Positions 33,769-53,346 of a DNA stretch of 64,000 bases are shown here, in pieces. Source of the stretch: the human T2T-CHM13v2.0 reference genome, Homo sapiens. The notes under the pieces were generated by a model that saw only the letters and a list, made by a program, of their open reading frames with translations, was not told the DNA's origin and did no database searches. How positions within the stretch are numbered: position 1 is the stretch's first letter; every line of letters starts with the position of its first letter. The stretch is taken from assembly GCF_009914755.1 (NCBI RefSeq), contig NC_060943.1; one strand, 5' to 3'. The translations under genes and the position numbers were made by a program.

Positions 33769-34116
33769 TATATATATAGATATATAATTTATATAGCTAT
33801 ATAAATTATAATATAAATTATAATTTATATATATATAATTTATATAGCTATATAAATTATAATATAAATTATAATTTATATATCTATATAAATTATAATA
33901 TAAATTATAATTTATATATCTATATAAATTATAATTTATATAGATATATAAATTATATATAAATTTTATATATAAATTATATATATAAATTATATGTGTA
34001 AATTTTATATATATATAAATTTTATATATATATATATATAATGTATATATATATAATGTGTATATATATATATAATGTATATATATATATATATATATAA
34101 TGTATATATATATATA
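33769..34116. repeat. AT-only low-complexity (TA)n-like tract interrupting an Alu
   Basis: Repeated tatataaattataatataaattataatttatata units. Confidence 0.9.
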
Positions 34117-34634
34117 ACTAGCCGGGCTTGGTGGCTCATGTCTGAGGTCCCAACTACTCAGGAGGCTGAGGTAGGAGGATCACTTGACCCCAGGGGGCCA
34201 AGGCTGCAGTTAGAGGAGATCACGCCACTGCACTCCAGCCCGAGTGATACAGCCAGACCCTGTCTCAAAATATTAATTAATTAAATTAAAAGTATTGTGT
34301 AATAACAGAAAGTGATTTTTGTTGCACTTCACTGCCCCACGTCCTACCCCACCCTGGGAAAAGGGAAGAGAGTAACTTCCAACTCAATAAGTCACTGCTC
34401 TCTGGCTGAATAGGGATTCCAACTGGAAGCTAACCTCTGATGCCAAGATTTACAGAATGTACATGTCTCATAGACAGGAATTTTAAAATTCTCAATCTCA
34501 TCTTTATAATTTAATCAAGTTTTAAATTATTAGATTATATACACAGAAGTCAACATGTCACAACTAATCATAGCCAATAAACTCACCTACTCATCTGATC
34601 CCAAAGTCCCCCTGCCCCTTCTTTTCTTTGGTAA

Positions 34635-34802
<168 letters not shown>

Positions 34803-35161
34803 TAAGGATCTCACTATGTTGTGCAGGCTGGTCTAGAACTCCTGGACTCAAGCAATCCCCCTGCCTCAGTCTTCTAAAGTTCTGGGATTACAGGCATGAA
34901 CCACTGTACCCAGCCTCTCTTTCTTCATTACTTTGCTTCCTTCCCTGATTCTGTACGTATCTCTCATTCTCCCCTTCTCTCTCTAGCTCTTGTTTTATTT
35001 TCCCCCGGGGTTCTGCTCCTCATTTTGTACCTCTCTCCTCTCCTGCTGTTTATCCCCTTCTTCACTCTATTCCTTCTCTTCCACCTCTTCTGCTCCATCC
35101 TTGTAACTTATCTAACATCTTGCTGCTCTTCTCCCCAATCTTTTGATCATCCTCTATCTCT

Positions 35162-35751
35162 ATATGGACAGAAATTTAAAAATAATAAGTACTGCATTTA
35201 TTCACTCCAAGAAAAGTAAAAGCTAAGGCCCACAATGTGGCAAGGCAAGGTTTAAAAATAAAAAGAAAAGAACAAGTTTTCCTCTGCCTGTCAAGCTCAC
35301 ATCAAGAACGGTTACAGGATAACGCTGTCCGAATAGCCAAGTCTAAATGAATGGGCTCCAGACACCCCCACCTTCCAGAGCAAGGTTGAAGGAAAAAAAA
35401 AAAAAAAAGAGAGAGAGATTATTTTACTGTTACTCTTTTTCCAGGCTTCTTAAGCATTATTATGTTTTACAAATGTCTGTATTTAGTCAGTTCTTGTTTT
35501 TCCTTTGATGCAGCTACAAGGCCACCGGCAACCCAAGGTCACAAGATATGTTATGCTATAGATTACACAACCTGTCACTGTATAATTAACTGCTTTTGTT
35601 TTGCTTTTGTAAGGCCACTTATAAAAACCCTGCTCTGTCTTTGTTCAGTGCTCAGCTTTTTGGATATGAATCCACTGAGCCAGTGCGTACCTAAAATAAA
35701 CAATTCTGTTTCTCTCATATTGGTCTCTCCATTCTTCAGTTTCCCCTAACA
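35162..35751 (+). mobile_element. ERV1-class solo LTR (family uncertain)
   Basis: TATA-like TATAAAA (~35620), gctcagctttttggatatgaatccactgagcc, AATAAA (~35695) and ...CTAACA end. Sits within a CT-rich intronic tract. Confidence 0.6.
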
Positions 35752-36299
35752 CAAATATTTCCGCCTCTTCTCCCATCTCAGCGCCTCCTCTGCTCTCCCT
35801 GTTACATTCTCTCTTCCCTGTTATACCCTCATCCCCACTCTCTGGCAGCCTAGATCCCCAGGTGTCCTCCCTGCTGTGCTTCTCCCTCTGTTCTCCTTGC
35901 CACCAGCACCACTGTGCTCTGTCTGCCCTGGCTCCAAATCCCTCCTCCTCTCCCTCACCCTGATGAGCCTCCCTCTTTGCTGCCCCTCTCCCTACCTTGC
36001 TGTCCTTCATGTCTCTGTACATCCAGCTTTTCTCTACATTTCTGCACTTGCTTTTCTCCTCCTGCTTTCTTATCGTTTTCTTTTCACTTTTGCTGTCTCT
36101 TGGCAAATCCCTCACCCATCCTCTACTTTGCCATCTCTTATGGCTCTTTCTCATTCTTCTTTTCTCTGTCTCAGGTTTTCCACTGCTCTCTGTCCGTCTC
36201 CTGATCCCTTTGGCCCACACAATCACAGGAGGGTTTGGAGTAAGACGCCTGCATCCCGGAGGAGCTTATTTTCCAGGGGCTGGAACTGGGCAGGCAAGA

Positions 36300-37150
36300 A
36301 CACCCCGTGTCACAGGACAGGCCCCGGGCACCTCCCCAACGCGGGCTCAGGAGAAGCGGTGACTGCGGAGGAGAGACCTGGGGAGCAGCAGGGCCCGGCA
36401 CGAGGAGGGAGGTGGGGGGCGACGGCGCCTGAGGACAAGGGTGGGGTCTGCAGGATCCCAGGACTAGGCAGAGGACACGGCCTCCCCGGGACAGGGGCCG
36501 CGGCGCTGCGCTTCAGAGGCCGACAAGGGCAAGGCTGGGAGGTGCCCACGGCGGGAATCCACTTCGCGGGTGAGGACGTTAAAAAGCGCGGGGCGGGAGG
36601 AGTCTGAAAATGATTTTGAGAAAAAAAAAAAAAAACAACAACAACTACGCGATAGGAAGTGTATACATTGCCCTAGAGCAGAAAGACAGGGGATGGGACC
36701 AACCTCAGGGCGACTTTAGACCCAAAAGGAAGCGACTTCCAGACTCTCACGGGGATGTCTCTATTTGCTCTGGGTGAAGACGGGAGAGAAGTTCCAGATC
36801 TGTGGGGACCCTAGGTCCGAGGGACAGAAACGCTGAGGACCTGGGAAATGCAGACTTAATACAAAACAGCGAAACTCACCGCCGCGGTGTGACCGTCACT
36901 CCACGCGATCCGCTTCCAGATTTGCGAGAATCTGCGCGCGCAGGACAGAAGCCGGGCCTCGGCGGGCCCCGCGAGGTGGTGGGCGGGGCCTGGGCCGGGT
37001 GGCGGCGGGGCGCGAAGCAGAGAGACTTTGCGGTTTAGAACCGGCAGAGGGCGGGGCCGGGGCGGGACCTGTGTGTCTCACATCCTGGCTCCCAGCGCCT
37101 CTGTTTTTCGGGTTTGGGAGGCGACAGCGGCCAGGAAGTATGAGGCATGA
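36300..37150 (-). promoter_or_regulatory. CpG-island promoter and non-coding exon 1 (from recall, the distal ZNF83-locus promoter)
   Basis: High CpG/GC content. GC boxes GGGCGGGGCC at 36981 and ~37049. NRF1-like palindrome TGCGCGCGCA at 36933-36942. Consensus minus-strand donor G|GTGAGT with exon boundary at 36880. Confidence 0.88.
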
Positions 37151-38842
37151 TTCAAAAGCCCTGGAATTTTCTGGAACGGGGATGCAAACTAGAATGTGAA
37201 ATGCAAAGCCCTGCCAGGGCGGAACATAGGATTTCATGCTGATGGCCCACAGAACAGAACAGAAATCCTCTCCCTTTCTATTCTCCATTCACAAGGGAGG
37301 GAGGGTCCGCCCTGTGCTCAGCTTCAGAGACTTCCCTAAAGCCACTGCCTGGGGTGCGGGACGGAGTGCTCAGGCCAGGGAGGAGTGAGGTCACCACCTG
37401 CTGCTTAAACACAGCAGGGGTGCAGGCGCGAAGGCGGGAGCCTGAGGTCCCAGCTACTCAGGAAGTAGGAGCAGGAAGATCGCTGAGCCCTGGGGTCCAG
37501 GCCAGCCTGGGCGACAAAGTAACACCCCCTCCCGCAAGGCCACCTTCCTTGTCTCCCTCTCTCTCCGTCTCTCTCTCTCGCGCGCGCGCTTTTTAAACCT
37601 TTTTAAATAAAATTTTTGATGGTGTGACATAGGGATCCAACATTATTCTGTTCCGTGTGGATATCCAGTTAGTTGTTCCAGCACATTTGTGGAAGAAATC
37701 TATTACTTTTTTTTCACGTTTTTCTTTTCTTTTTCTTTGAGGGAGTCTCCCTCTGTCGCCCAGGCTGGCGTGAAGGGGCGTGATCTCTGCTCACTGCGAC
37801 CTCTGCCTCCTGGGTTGAAGCGATTCTCCTGCCTCAGCCTCCGGAGTATTACAGTATTACTGGTATTAGAGGCACGAGCGACCATGCCCGGCTAATTTTT
37901 GTATTTTTGATAGAGGCGGGCTTTCACCATGTTGGCCAGGCTGGTCTCAAACTCCGAACTTCAAGTAATCTACCTGCCTCGGCCTCCTAAAGTGCTGGGA
38001 CTACAGGCGTGGGCTACCTTGCATAGCCTAAGGAATGCTCTTTACTGTTTAAACGTTGAGAAAATATAATTGAAAACAAAGAAAATCTTCCCCCAAATGG
38101 GTAATTATCTCCACGACAACAGAGAAATAAATAAAAACCATTTTAATAAAGAACCTTAGACTCAAATGTGATGGGAAATAGAGGCAAACAGCTATGAGGT
38201 TGAAAAGAGAGAAAGAAATGTCACTGTTCTATACAACCCATTAAGCACATGTTTTCAAGATAAACACTAATCAGTCCTCAGGGAAGGGGATTTGACAACC
38301 CCTTGGGTCACACATACTTCATCCTGGCTTTACTTGGTAATGGAGGTGACCATCTGTGTCAGCTAATTAGCTTCATCCCGAGGGAGGGGGAAAAACCCTA
38401 ACCCATGTCTTTTTGACAAGTGTGAGTTTCACAACATGGGGACAGGTGCCCTCTCTGGTGAGACTCCTACAATACGACAGACACTGATGTCAGAGGTAAA
38501 TAATAAAATTTAGAATATATGATTAAGTGCAGAGTTTGTTTGAACACAAAGCTTGGAAATAGCCACCTGGAAACATCAACTTCAAATGAATAGGATCAGC
38601 GTTCTGAGGTGGAGACGTTAAGATTTTACACACATAGGAAAAGACAGAGAAGCTTTACCAGAATCACATTTTCCATTCAAGACCAGTGCCTAGGGTGCAG
38701 CAACTTGACTGGTGATGGATTGATACACTTCAAGGAAGGTTACTTTATCACTCCATAAGAAGGGACAATGATGCCGAAAGGTCTTAACTCTGGGGCTGCT
38801 TAGTCTTCCTAATTATTTACAGAATAACCTTTTTTTTTTTAG

Positions 38843-39034
<192 letters not shown>

Positions 39035-39556
39035 TAGTAGATACTGGGTTTCACCATGTTGGGCTTCTCCATTAATCTCTCCTGCACACTTCAGACCACA
39101 TCCACACACACTTAAATCAACTTCAGTTCAGAGATGAGAAGCAAAAACCTAGAGAGGACACATCCACAGTTACTCACCAGGCTGAGGTGGGAGGATTGCT
39201 TGACCCTGGAGAGCAGAGGTTGAAGTGACTCAAGATCGCACCACTGCCCTCCAGCCTGGGGGACATAGTGAGACCCCGTTACCCACATCCACCAAAAAGT
39301 TGGAAATGCATTGAAATAAGAGACAGCTTCAAGAAACTATAAAAGCAATGCATGCAGAAAATTCAAAGGTCAACCAACATATAGAAACTATGAAGAACTA
39401 CACAGAAACTCTTGGGCTAAAAATAGAGTAACTAAATGAAAAAACGCAATACATGGGTTCAAAATCAGAATTCATTAGGTAAATTAAAAATTAGTGAAGA
39501 GGGGATGGGTGAGGTGGCTCACACCAGGACTTTGGGAGGACAAGGTGGGTGGATCA

Positions 39557-39772
<216 letters not shown>

Positions 39773-39838
39773 TCAAAAAAAAATAATAATAATAATAAAA
39801 TAGGCCAGGCCTGGTGGCTTATGCTTGTAATCCCACTA

Positions 39839-41239
<1,401 letters not shown>

Positions 41240-41584
41240 ACCTGAGGGCAGGAGTTCAAGACTAGCTGGGCCAAAATGGTGAAACCCCATCTCTACTAAA
41301 AATACAAAAAAAATTAGTTGGGGGTGGTGGCACTGGACTATAATCCCCAACTTCTTGGGAGGCTAAAACAGGAGAATTGCCTGGGAGGCAGAGTTTGCAG
41401 TGATCTGAGATCATGCCACTGAACTCCAGCCTGGATAACAGAGACTTTGTCTCAAAAAAAAAAAAAAAGGCCAGAAGAGGTGGCTCACGCCTGTAATCCC
41501 AGCACTTTAAAACGCTGAGGCGGACGGATCACGAGGTTATGAAATCCAGACTGTCATGACTAACAAGGTGAAATACCATCTCTA

Positions 41585-41887
<303 letters not shown>

Positions 41888-42417
41888 CTAAGCGACACAG
41901 CAAGACCTTCTCTCAAAATAAAATGAAATATATGAAAACAGAATAACTCAAAGTACAAAAATCCATTTTGTTGATATAGGTCCACAAAATAATAAAACAG
42001 AGACTCGCAAGAAACTACATGCTAATAAAAAAAAGTTGTCATTTTCCCCAGATCTTTTCTTTCTTCCTTTTTTTTTTTTTTTTTTTTTAGACAGGGTCTC
42101 GTTCTGTCGCCCAGGCTGCAGTGCAGTAATGCAATCTTGGTTCACTGCAACCTCTGCCTTCTGGGTTCAAGTGGTTCTCCTGCCTCAGCCACAGAGTAGC
42201 TGGGATTACCGGTGCCTGCCACCATGCCCGGCTAACTTTTGTATTTTTAGTAAAGATGGGGTTTCACCATGTTGGCCAGGCTTGTCTTGAACTCCTGAGC
42301 TCAGGTGACCCACCAACCTCAGCTTCCCAAAGTGCTAGGATTACAGACATGAGTCACCACATCCAGCAAATTTTCAAAATATATACATATATGTGTGCAA
42401 ATGTGTACGTATATGTA

Positions 42418-42452
<35 letters not shown>

Positions 42453-43008
42453 AGATTTTTAAAATATAAAAAGTAGCAAGTTTTGTTTAACTGAAGAGGA
42501 ATCTCATCTTGCTGGAAACGGATACTTTGATAGTTGGGGACAGGGAGGAATCTTGTCAGATCTAAGAAAACAGGAAATGTCCCCTCCTAGAGGAAGCAAT
42601 CACCCTTTCAACTGCCTGACATGGAGGAATCTTTAGATATCTGTAGGAATGCAGGCATGCTCAGATGCAGCCACTATGGCACTCTTTATACAGAGAAAAA
42701 TTGCAAAGGACCCACATACTGTCATTCAGCCAATTTCCAATGCAGATGTCAAAGAGCAAGCTAGCCATGTTTACTAACATAACAACATGTAAATTTTCAC
42801 AACTAGCAGGATGAAATATCAAAGTAAAATATTTACTAAAACACAAAGAAAACAATAGACGCTGGGGTCTAGGTGAGGGTGGAGATGGGGAGGAGAGAGG
42901 AGCAGAAAAAATAGCTAATGGGGCTGGGCACAGTGGCTCACGCCTGTAATCCCAGCACTTTGCTAGGGCAAGGGGGTTGGATCACCTGAGGTCAGGAGTT
43001 CAAGATCA

Positions 43009-43164
<156 letters not shown>

Positions 43165-43750
43165 TCATACTCCAGACTCAAAAAACAAGAGCAAAACTCA
43201 GTGTCAAAAAAAAAAGAAAAGAAAAAAAGCTACTGGGTACTGGGCTTGATACCGGTGTGATAAAATAATCTGTACAACAAACTCCAATGACATGAGTTTG
43301 CCTATGTAACAAACCATCACATGTAGCCCCAATCCTAAAGTAAAAACATAACTATAAAACATTTTATTTTTTTAATTTACTACGGAATTATTTTTAAAGT
43401 CTCATAATGATGCAGAAATACAGGTGTACAAGACTTGCTCTGACACTTGGCACAGAACTGACAGTAGCGGCTCCCCAGTGAGTTTGGAAAGAGGGTGGAG
43501 GACGTGACAGGGAAAAGAGATGCTTTGTGGCAAAGGGTCTGCAGCTTTGCTAAGAGTTTTACTAGAAAACAAATATATCCATCCTGTGATGTTTAAATAT
43601 CAAAATATATATTTAATAAACATTGGTAGAGCTGAGCACGGTGGCTCGTGCCTGTAATCCCAGCACTCTGGGAGGCTGAGGTGGGTGGATAACCTGAGGT
43701 CAGAACTTTGAGGCCACCCTGGCCAACATGGTGAAACCCCATCTCTACTA

Positions 43751-43993
<243 letters not shown>

Positions 43994-44184
43994 TTAATGT
44001 GTTAAGAATGGTTTAATGAATCTCCTGCTATTATTTAGGTTGATTTCCTATTCTTAAACTAATGATGGAATAAAACACCTTCTATCATTCATGTCTGTGT
44101 ATGAACTTTCCACTCTAATTAGTTCGATTTTTGGAGCCAGAAACACAATAACTCACTCAATTACCTAAAAATGTAGTATGAAAG

Positions 44185-45151
44185 TGAAGCGGTGGGTTGC
44201 CCCTCCACACCTGTGGGTGTTTCTCGTTAGGTGGAATGAGAGACTTGGAAAAGAAAAAGACACAGAGACAAAGTGTAGAGAAAGAAATAAGGGGGCCCAG
44301 GGGACCAGGGTTCAGCATATGGAGGATCCCGCCAGCCTCTGAGTTCCCTTCATATTTATTGATCATTTTGGGGTGTTTCTCAGAGAGGGGGATGTGGCAG
44401 GGTCATAGGATAATAGTGGAGAGAAGGTCAGCAGATAAACACGTGAACAAAGGTCTCTGCATCATAGACAAGGTAAAAAATCAAGTGCTGTGCTTTAGAT
44501 ATGCATACACATAAACATCTCAATGCCTTACAGAGCAGTATTGCTGCCCGCATGTCCCACCTCCAGCCCTAAGGTGGTTTTCCCCTATCTCAGTAGATGG
44601 AACATACAATCGGGTTTTATACCGAGACATTCCATTGCCCAGGGACGGGCAGGAGACAGATGCCTTCCTCTTGTCTCAACTGCAAGAGGCATGCCTTCCT
44701 CTTATACTAATCCTCCTCAGCACAGACCCTTTACGGGTGTCGGGCTGGGAGACGGTCAGGTCTTTCCCTTCCCATGAGGCCATATTTCAGACTATCACAT
44801 GGGGAGAAACCTTGGACAATACCTGGCTTTCCTAGGCAGAGGTCCCTGCGGCCTTCCGCAGTGTTTGTGTCTCTGGGTACTTAAGATTAGGGAGTGGTGA
44901 TGACTCTTAAGGAGCATGCTGCCTTCAAGCGTCTGTTTAACAAAGCACATCTTGCACCGCCCTTAATCCATTTAACCCTGAGTGGACACAGCACATGTTT
45001 CAGAGAGCATGGGGTTGGGGGTAAGGTCATAGATTAACAGCATCTCAAGGCAGAAGAATTTGTCTTAGTACAGAACAAAATGGAGTCTCCTATGTCTACT
45101 TCTTTCTACACAGACACAGTAACAATCTGATCTCTCTTTCTTTTCCCCACA
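44185..45151 (-). mobile_element. Solo HERV-K(HML-2) LTR5 (LTR5_Hs-length)
   Basis: Minus strand starts TGTGGGGAAAAGAAAGAGAGATCAG and ends GGGGCAACCCACCGCTTCA; 967 bp. Perfect 6-bp TSD TGAAAG (44179-44184 / 45152-45157). Confidence 0.93.
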
Positions 45152-45595
45152 TGAAAGCAGGCAGAAAAGATTTTCACTTATTGGTTTCCTTTTCTAGAAT
45201 TTACCACGTACTTTGTGCACATTAATACGTGACTTCCATTGGCAGCTGCTCTAATCCTGCTCCACAGAGAGCTGACAGTGCATCCATATGTGGCCCCTGA
45301 ACAATCCCTTCTGCCCAACAGCACTGACACCACGGGACCCTCACCCCGTCTCCATCCATGTCTGGGTGTGAGCCCTTCCCAGGCCCATGCCCAGTGCAGC
45401 CTCTTTCCAACTTCATGTCACTAGGTCACCAGAGATGGAATCTAAGCGAGATGAGAGGGACTGAGGGAAGGCATGGGTGAGTGTGAGTAAACGTATCAGG
45501 CAGGAAGCTTCAGACTCAGAGAAGATTCCCAACTCCAAGGCCCAGGGTTTCTGAAAGGAAGGAGACAGAACAATCCACCGAGAATATCATCTCAC

Positions 45596-45683
45596 CTGAG
45601 GAAGAGCCATCCCTGACTCCTTTGCTTTCCTCTTCCTCTTCCGGGTTTCTTCCTCATGTACCAAGAGTCTTTAGGAGTCAATC
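45596..45683 (-). pseudogene. Orphan KRAB-ZNF leader exon (encodes MALPQ from 45610)
   Basis: Acceptor cattcag|GATTGAC and donor CAG|GTGAGA. First ATG is TTG (LVHEEETRKRKRKAKESG-MALPQ). Flanks are homologous to 61950-62400 and 7080-7300. Confidence 0.8.
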
Positions 45684-45759
45684 CTGAATGTTAAAAATAT
45701 GTTGTTTGTTGCTCAGAATCAACACACCCCCTCCCTGGAACACAACCACACATGCGAAG

Positions 45760-46175
45760 TGTCACGCACGTCTGTGGGAAGAGGCCACCAAACACGCTTT
45801 GTGTGAGCAACGAGGCTGTTTATTTCACCTGGGTGCAGCCGGGCTGAGTCTGGAAAGAGAGTCAGCAAAGTGTGGTGGGATTATCATTAGTTCTCATAGG
45901 TTTTGGGACAGGCGGTGGAGTTAGGGGCAATGCTTTGCAGGCAGGGGGTGGATCTCACCAAGTCCATTCTCAAGGGTGGGGAGGATTACAAAGAGCCTTC
46001 TGAAGGGTGAGGGAGATTACAAAGCACATTGATCAGTCAGGGTAGGGCAGAAACAAATCACAATATTGGAATGTCATCAGTTAAGGATATTTTCACAGTT
46101 GCTTCAGGCTATCTGGATGTATACGTGCAGGTCACAGGGGATATGATGGCTTAGCTTGGGCTCAGAGGCCTAACT
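45760..46175 (-). mobile_element. Solo HERV-H LTR7-family LTR (LTR7B/C-like)
   Basis: Minus strand reads GTTAGGCCTCTGAGCCCAAGCTAAGCCATCATATCCCCTGTGACCTGCACGTATACATCCAGAT...GAAATAAACAGCC...GCGTGACA. Confidence 0.85.
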
Positions 46176-46809
46176 AAAGACCTCACCCTGAGGAAATAGT
46201 CCCCCCTGCTGCCCTCCTCACCATGGATGATAAACTCCTACAGGGAAACTCCCGCTCCCCTTCTGGAGGAGTCCACACACAAGCTGCAGCAGTGGGGAGC
46301 TGGGCTGGAATGAGCTCCCCTTCAGGGCACAGACCCAGCCCTGACGAAACCCCACGCAGAGGCTGGGTGCGGTGGCTCATGCCTGTCATCCCAGCACTCT
46401 CGGAGGCTGTGGCAGGTAGATCGCTTGAACTCAGGAGTTTGAGAACAGCTTGAGCAACATGGTGAAACCCCATCTCTACCAAAAATACAAAACTTCGCCA
46501 GGTATGGTGGTGCACGTCTGTGTGTCTGTGGTCCCAGCTACTTAGGAGGCATAGGTGGGAGGATCACTTGACCTGAGGAGTTTGAGAGCAGCCTGGCCAA
46601 CATGGTGAAACCCTGTATCTACTAAAAATACAAAAATGGGCCGGGCGTGTGGGTCATCCGGTAATCCTAGCACTCTGGAAGGCCGAGGTGTGCTGATTAC
46701 TTGAGGTCAGGAGATCGAGACCAGCCTGGCCAACATGGTGAAACGCTGTCTCTACTAAATACACAAAAAGTAGCCGGGCTTGGTAAGTGTCTGTAATCTC
46801 TGCTATTCA

Positions 46810-46905
<96 letters not shown>

Positions 46906-47953
46906 TCAAAAATAATATAAAATGGAAGTTAAAATACAAAAATTAGCCGGGTGTGGTGGCAGACACACCAGCTACTTGGGAGGCTGAGGCACCAGAATTG
47001 CTTGAACCCAGCAGACAGAGGTTGCAGTGAGCCAAGATCAAGAGGCTGCACTCATAGGCTGAAAGATAGAGTGACTCTGTCTCAAAAAAAAAAAAAAAAA
47101 AAAAAAATGCATTTCTGATGTGATTGATGCAGAGACAATGAATCCTGAGTAACGTGATACAGACTGATGGACAAGGGAACTACAGCCGGGGGTGGGAGGG
47201 CATGGGCGACAGCTCTGAGCCTAGACCTGAAGGAGGAGAAAGTGACAGGGTACGTAGGGTAAAACCAGGGACAACGACCTGAGACAGGAAGGGTTTTGAT
47301 GTTTGGGAAAAGAGAAAAGCAAATATGACTGGGGCGGAGAGAGTCATGAGATGAGGGCAAGCTCCCAGGAGGAGGCTGGACAGTGGAAGGGGCCCTGGAC
47401 ACAGGGCTGTGGAGCCACAGTGAGGGGTTGGGCTTTTGTCCTGGGGAACACGGGAAGCTGGTGGAGGGTTCCCTGTCAGGGACTGACATGACCTGCTTTA
47501 GATTTTGTTGTGATGTCCTCATACAGAGAAAGGCCCCGAAGATGGTCTCTGTGTCTGAGTCTACCTCTGTTTCTTCCATTCTTCTGCTTTTGTTTTTCAT
47601 TTTTAGGGCACTGCATCCCATTGAAAATTCTAATCACAACTGGGCACTCCTCTCCTCAAAAAAATTTAAAAAAAAAGCCACACCCACACACGCACTCCAT
47701 TTTGTCAATCATTTCAGGGGTCAAAGTCACTAGGGTTGAGCTTTTCTGGTGTAGCCCCTCATCGCCAAGTTCCAAGGAGGCTCACTGGGGCTCAGATTGG
47801 AAGACATTTTCACCAAGTTGCCCTGAGAAGGTCTGAGATGAGTGAGGTGTGCCTGAATTCTTACATGGGGGCCTGCAGGGACTAATGGGAAGGGTTGATC
47901 TTATCACCCCCATCCTGGAAAATTAGAGAAGGCTCTTTCACAAACCTGGGCTA

Positions 47954-48097
<144 letters not shown>

Positions 48098-48104
48098 TTA
48101 GCTA

Positions 48105-48383
<279 letters not shown>

Positions 48384-48528
48384 CTATTGACCTTGGAAAC
48401 AGGGAAAGAAGGTCAGGTGTACAACTAAGACATAAGCAAATTGTTTCAATCAAGAATACATGAGTGGTCAGGCACGGTGGCTCACGCCTGTAATCCCAGC
48501 ACTTTGGGAGGTCGAGGTGGGCAGATCA

Positions 48529-48747
<219 letters not shown>

Positions 48748-50733
48748 TCAAAAAAAACCCCCCAAAAAACAAAAAGAAAAACAAAAAAAAACCGAGGCTG
48801 GGAGCAGTGGCTCACACCTGTAATCTCATCACATTGGGAGGCCAAGTCGGGTGGATCACAAGGTCAGGATTTGAGACCAGCCTGACAAACGTGATGAAAC
48901 CCCGTCTCTACTAAAAATACAAAAATTAGCCAGGCATGCTGGTGGGTGCCTGTAATTCCAGCTACTCAGGAGACTGAGGCAGGAGCATCACTTGATCCCA
49001 GGAGGCAGAGGTTGCAGTGAGCTGAGATTGCACCACTGCCCTCCATCCAAGGCGACAGAGCAAGATTCCATTTCAAAAAAGAAAAGAAAAGAATACACGG
49101 GTGCTTTTGGAGGAGCGTTCTATGCCAATCCAGCCCATGTTTCAACATTTTTCCAGAATGGACCACAGGGCCTTGAGGGAAACACGCAATAAATAGCTCC
49201 CAGATCAAGATTTTAACAAAGGACATAAGGAAAGAAAACTGAAAAACAGACTAACTGGTTAAAGTACATTTTGATGTTTAGTTAAAAGGCCACTGACATA
49301 TTTACCAAGTACACACTGAAACAATCAAACTTAAGTTTAGGTACCAAAGGTTTTCAATAAATAACAAAGACTAGAAAGCATGCAGACATTGATATGAACT
49401 GGATGCAACTAATTTAAAACAGCAACTATTTTGAAATTGTTTTTTAAAAAAATCTAACGAATTCTGGGGTCAACCGGAAAATAACTGGAAAATATACAAG
49501 TACAGAAACGAATGATGTGAGCTGATTATAGGATGCTGCAAAGGCATCTTTCAGAAGTCATTATGTATTAAGAAATACAACTTTTATAACTTAGATTTAT
49601 CTCAAACTCAAACTGCAAAATAAATAAATAAATAAATAAATAAAAAATAAAGAGAGAAATGAAGAGGAACCAGAAAGAAAAAGAAGGAAGTCCATTATAC
49701 GAGAAGAAAAGCATTTTTGAGGTCTTTTTTTGTTATTTTTTGTTTGTTTGAGATGGAGACTCACTCTGCCACCCAGGCTGCAGTATAGTGGCACAATTTT
49801 GGTTCACTGCAACTTCTACCTCCTAGGTTTAAGCAATTCTCATGCCTCAGCCTCCCAAGTAGCTGGAACTAAAGGTGCACACCAACACCCCCGGCTAACT
49901 TTTGTATTTTTAGTAGAGATGGGGTTTCACCATGTTAGGGTGCTTTTGAAATTGTGACCTTAGGTGACCAGTTCACATGGGTCGACCAAAGTACTCTGAT
50001 TGCAGGGATGAGCCACCACGTACCGAGGCTTTGATATCCTTTTTTTTTTTTTTTTTTTTTGAGATAGACTCTCACTCTGTCGCCCAGGCTGGAGCCCAGT
50101 GGTGCGATCTCGACTCCCTGCAAGCTCCGCCTCCCAGGTTCATGCCATTCTCCTGCCTCAGCATCTGGAGTAGCTGGGACTACAGGCGCCAGCCACCATG
50201 CCCAGCTAATTTTTTGTATTTTTAGTAGAGACAGGGATTCACCCTGTTAGCCAGGAAAGTCTCGATCTCCTGACCCCGTGATGTGCCTGCCTCGGCCTCC
50301 CAAAGTGCTGGGATTACAGGCATGAGCCTCCGTGCCTGGCCTCATATCCCTTTTAAAAATTACTATGATATATCCCTTTTAAAAAGTACTAACTGAAAAA
50401 AGTACTATCTCTTTAAAAAGTACTGGCTCAAAAAAATAATAGAAAATAAGAAACAAAAAACAGGCTGAGAAAAGTGGCTCACATCTGTTGGCCATGCTGG
50501 TTTCAAACTCCTGACCTCAAGTGACCTATGTGCCTTGGCCTCCCGACGTGCTGGGATTACAGGTCGGAGCCACCACACCTGGCCCCATCCTCTTAACATA
50601 AACACTTGAATGTCAATAAAGGCTTGAACTCAATGTTAAGTCAACACAAACTCAAGTCAATGCTGAATTGACTCCAATGTCAATTAATGCTTGATGGTTT
50701 GCTATACTCATTTCATTGGGAACGGTTATCTCA

Positions 50734-53346
<2,613 letters not shown>

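Noticed and set aside
35645-36607. 193-aa and 243-aa ORFs
   Set aside because: They arise from a CT-rich tract plus the CpG island, where stop codons are scarce; low-complexity products.
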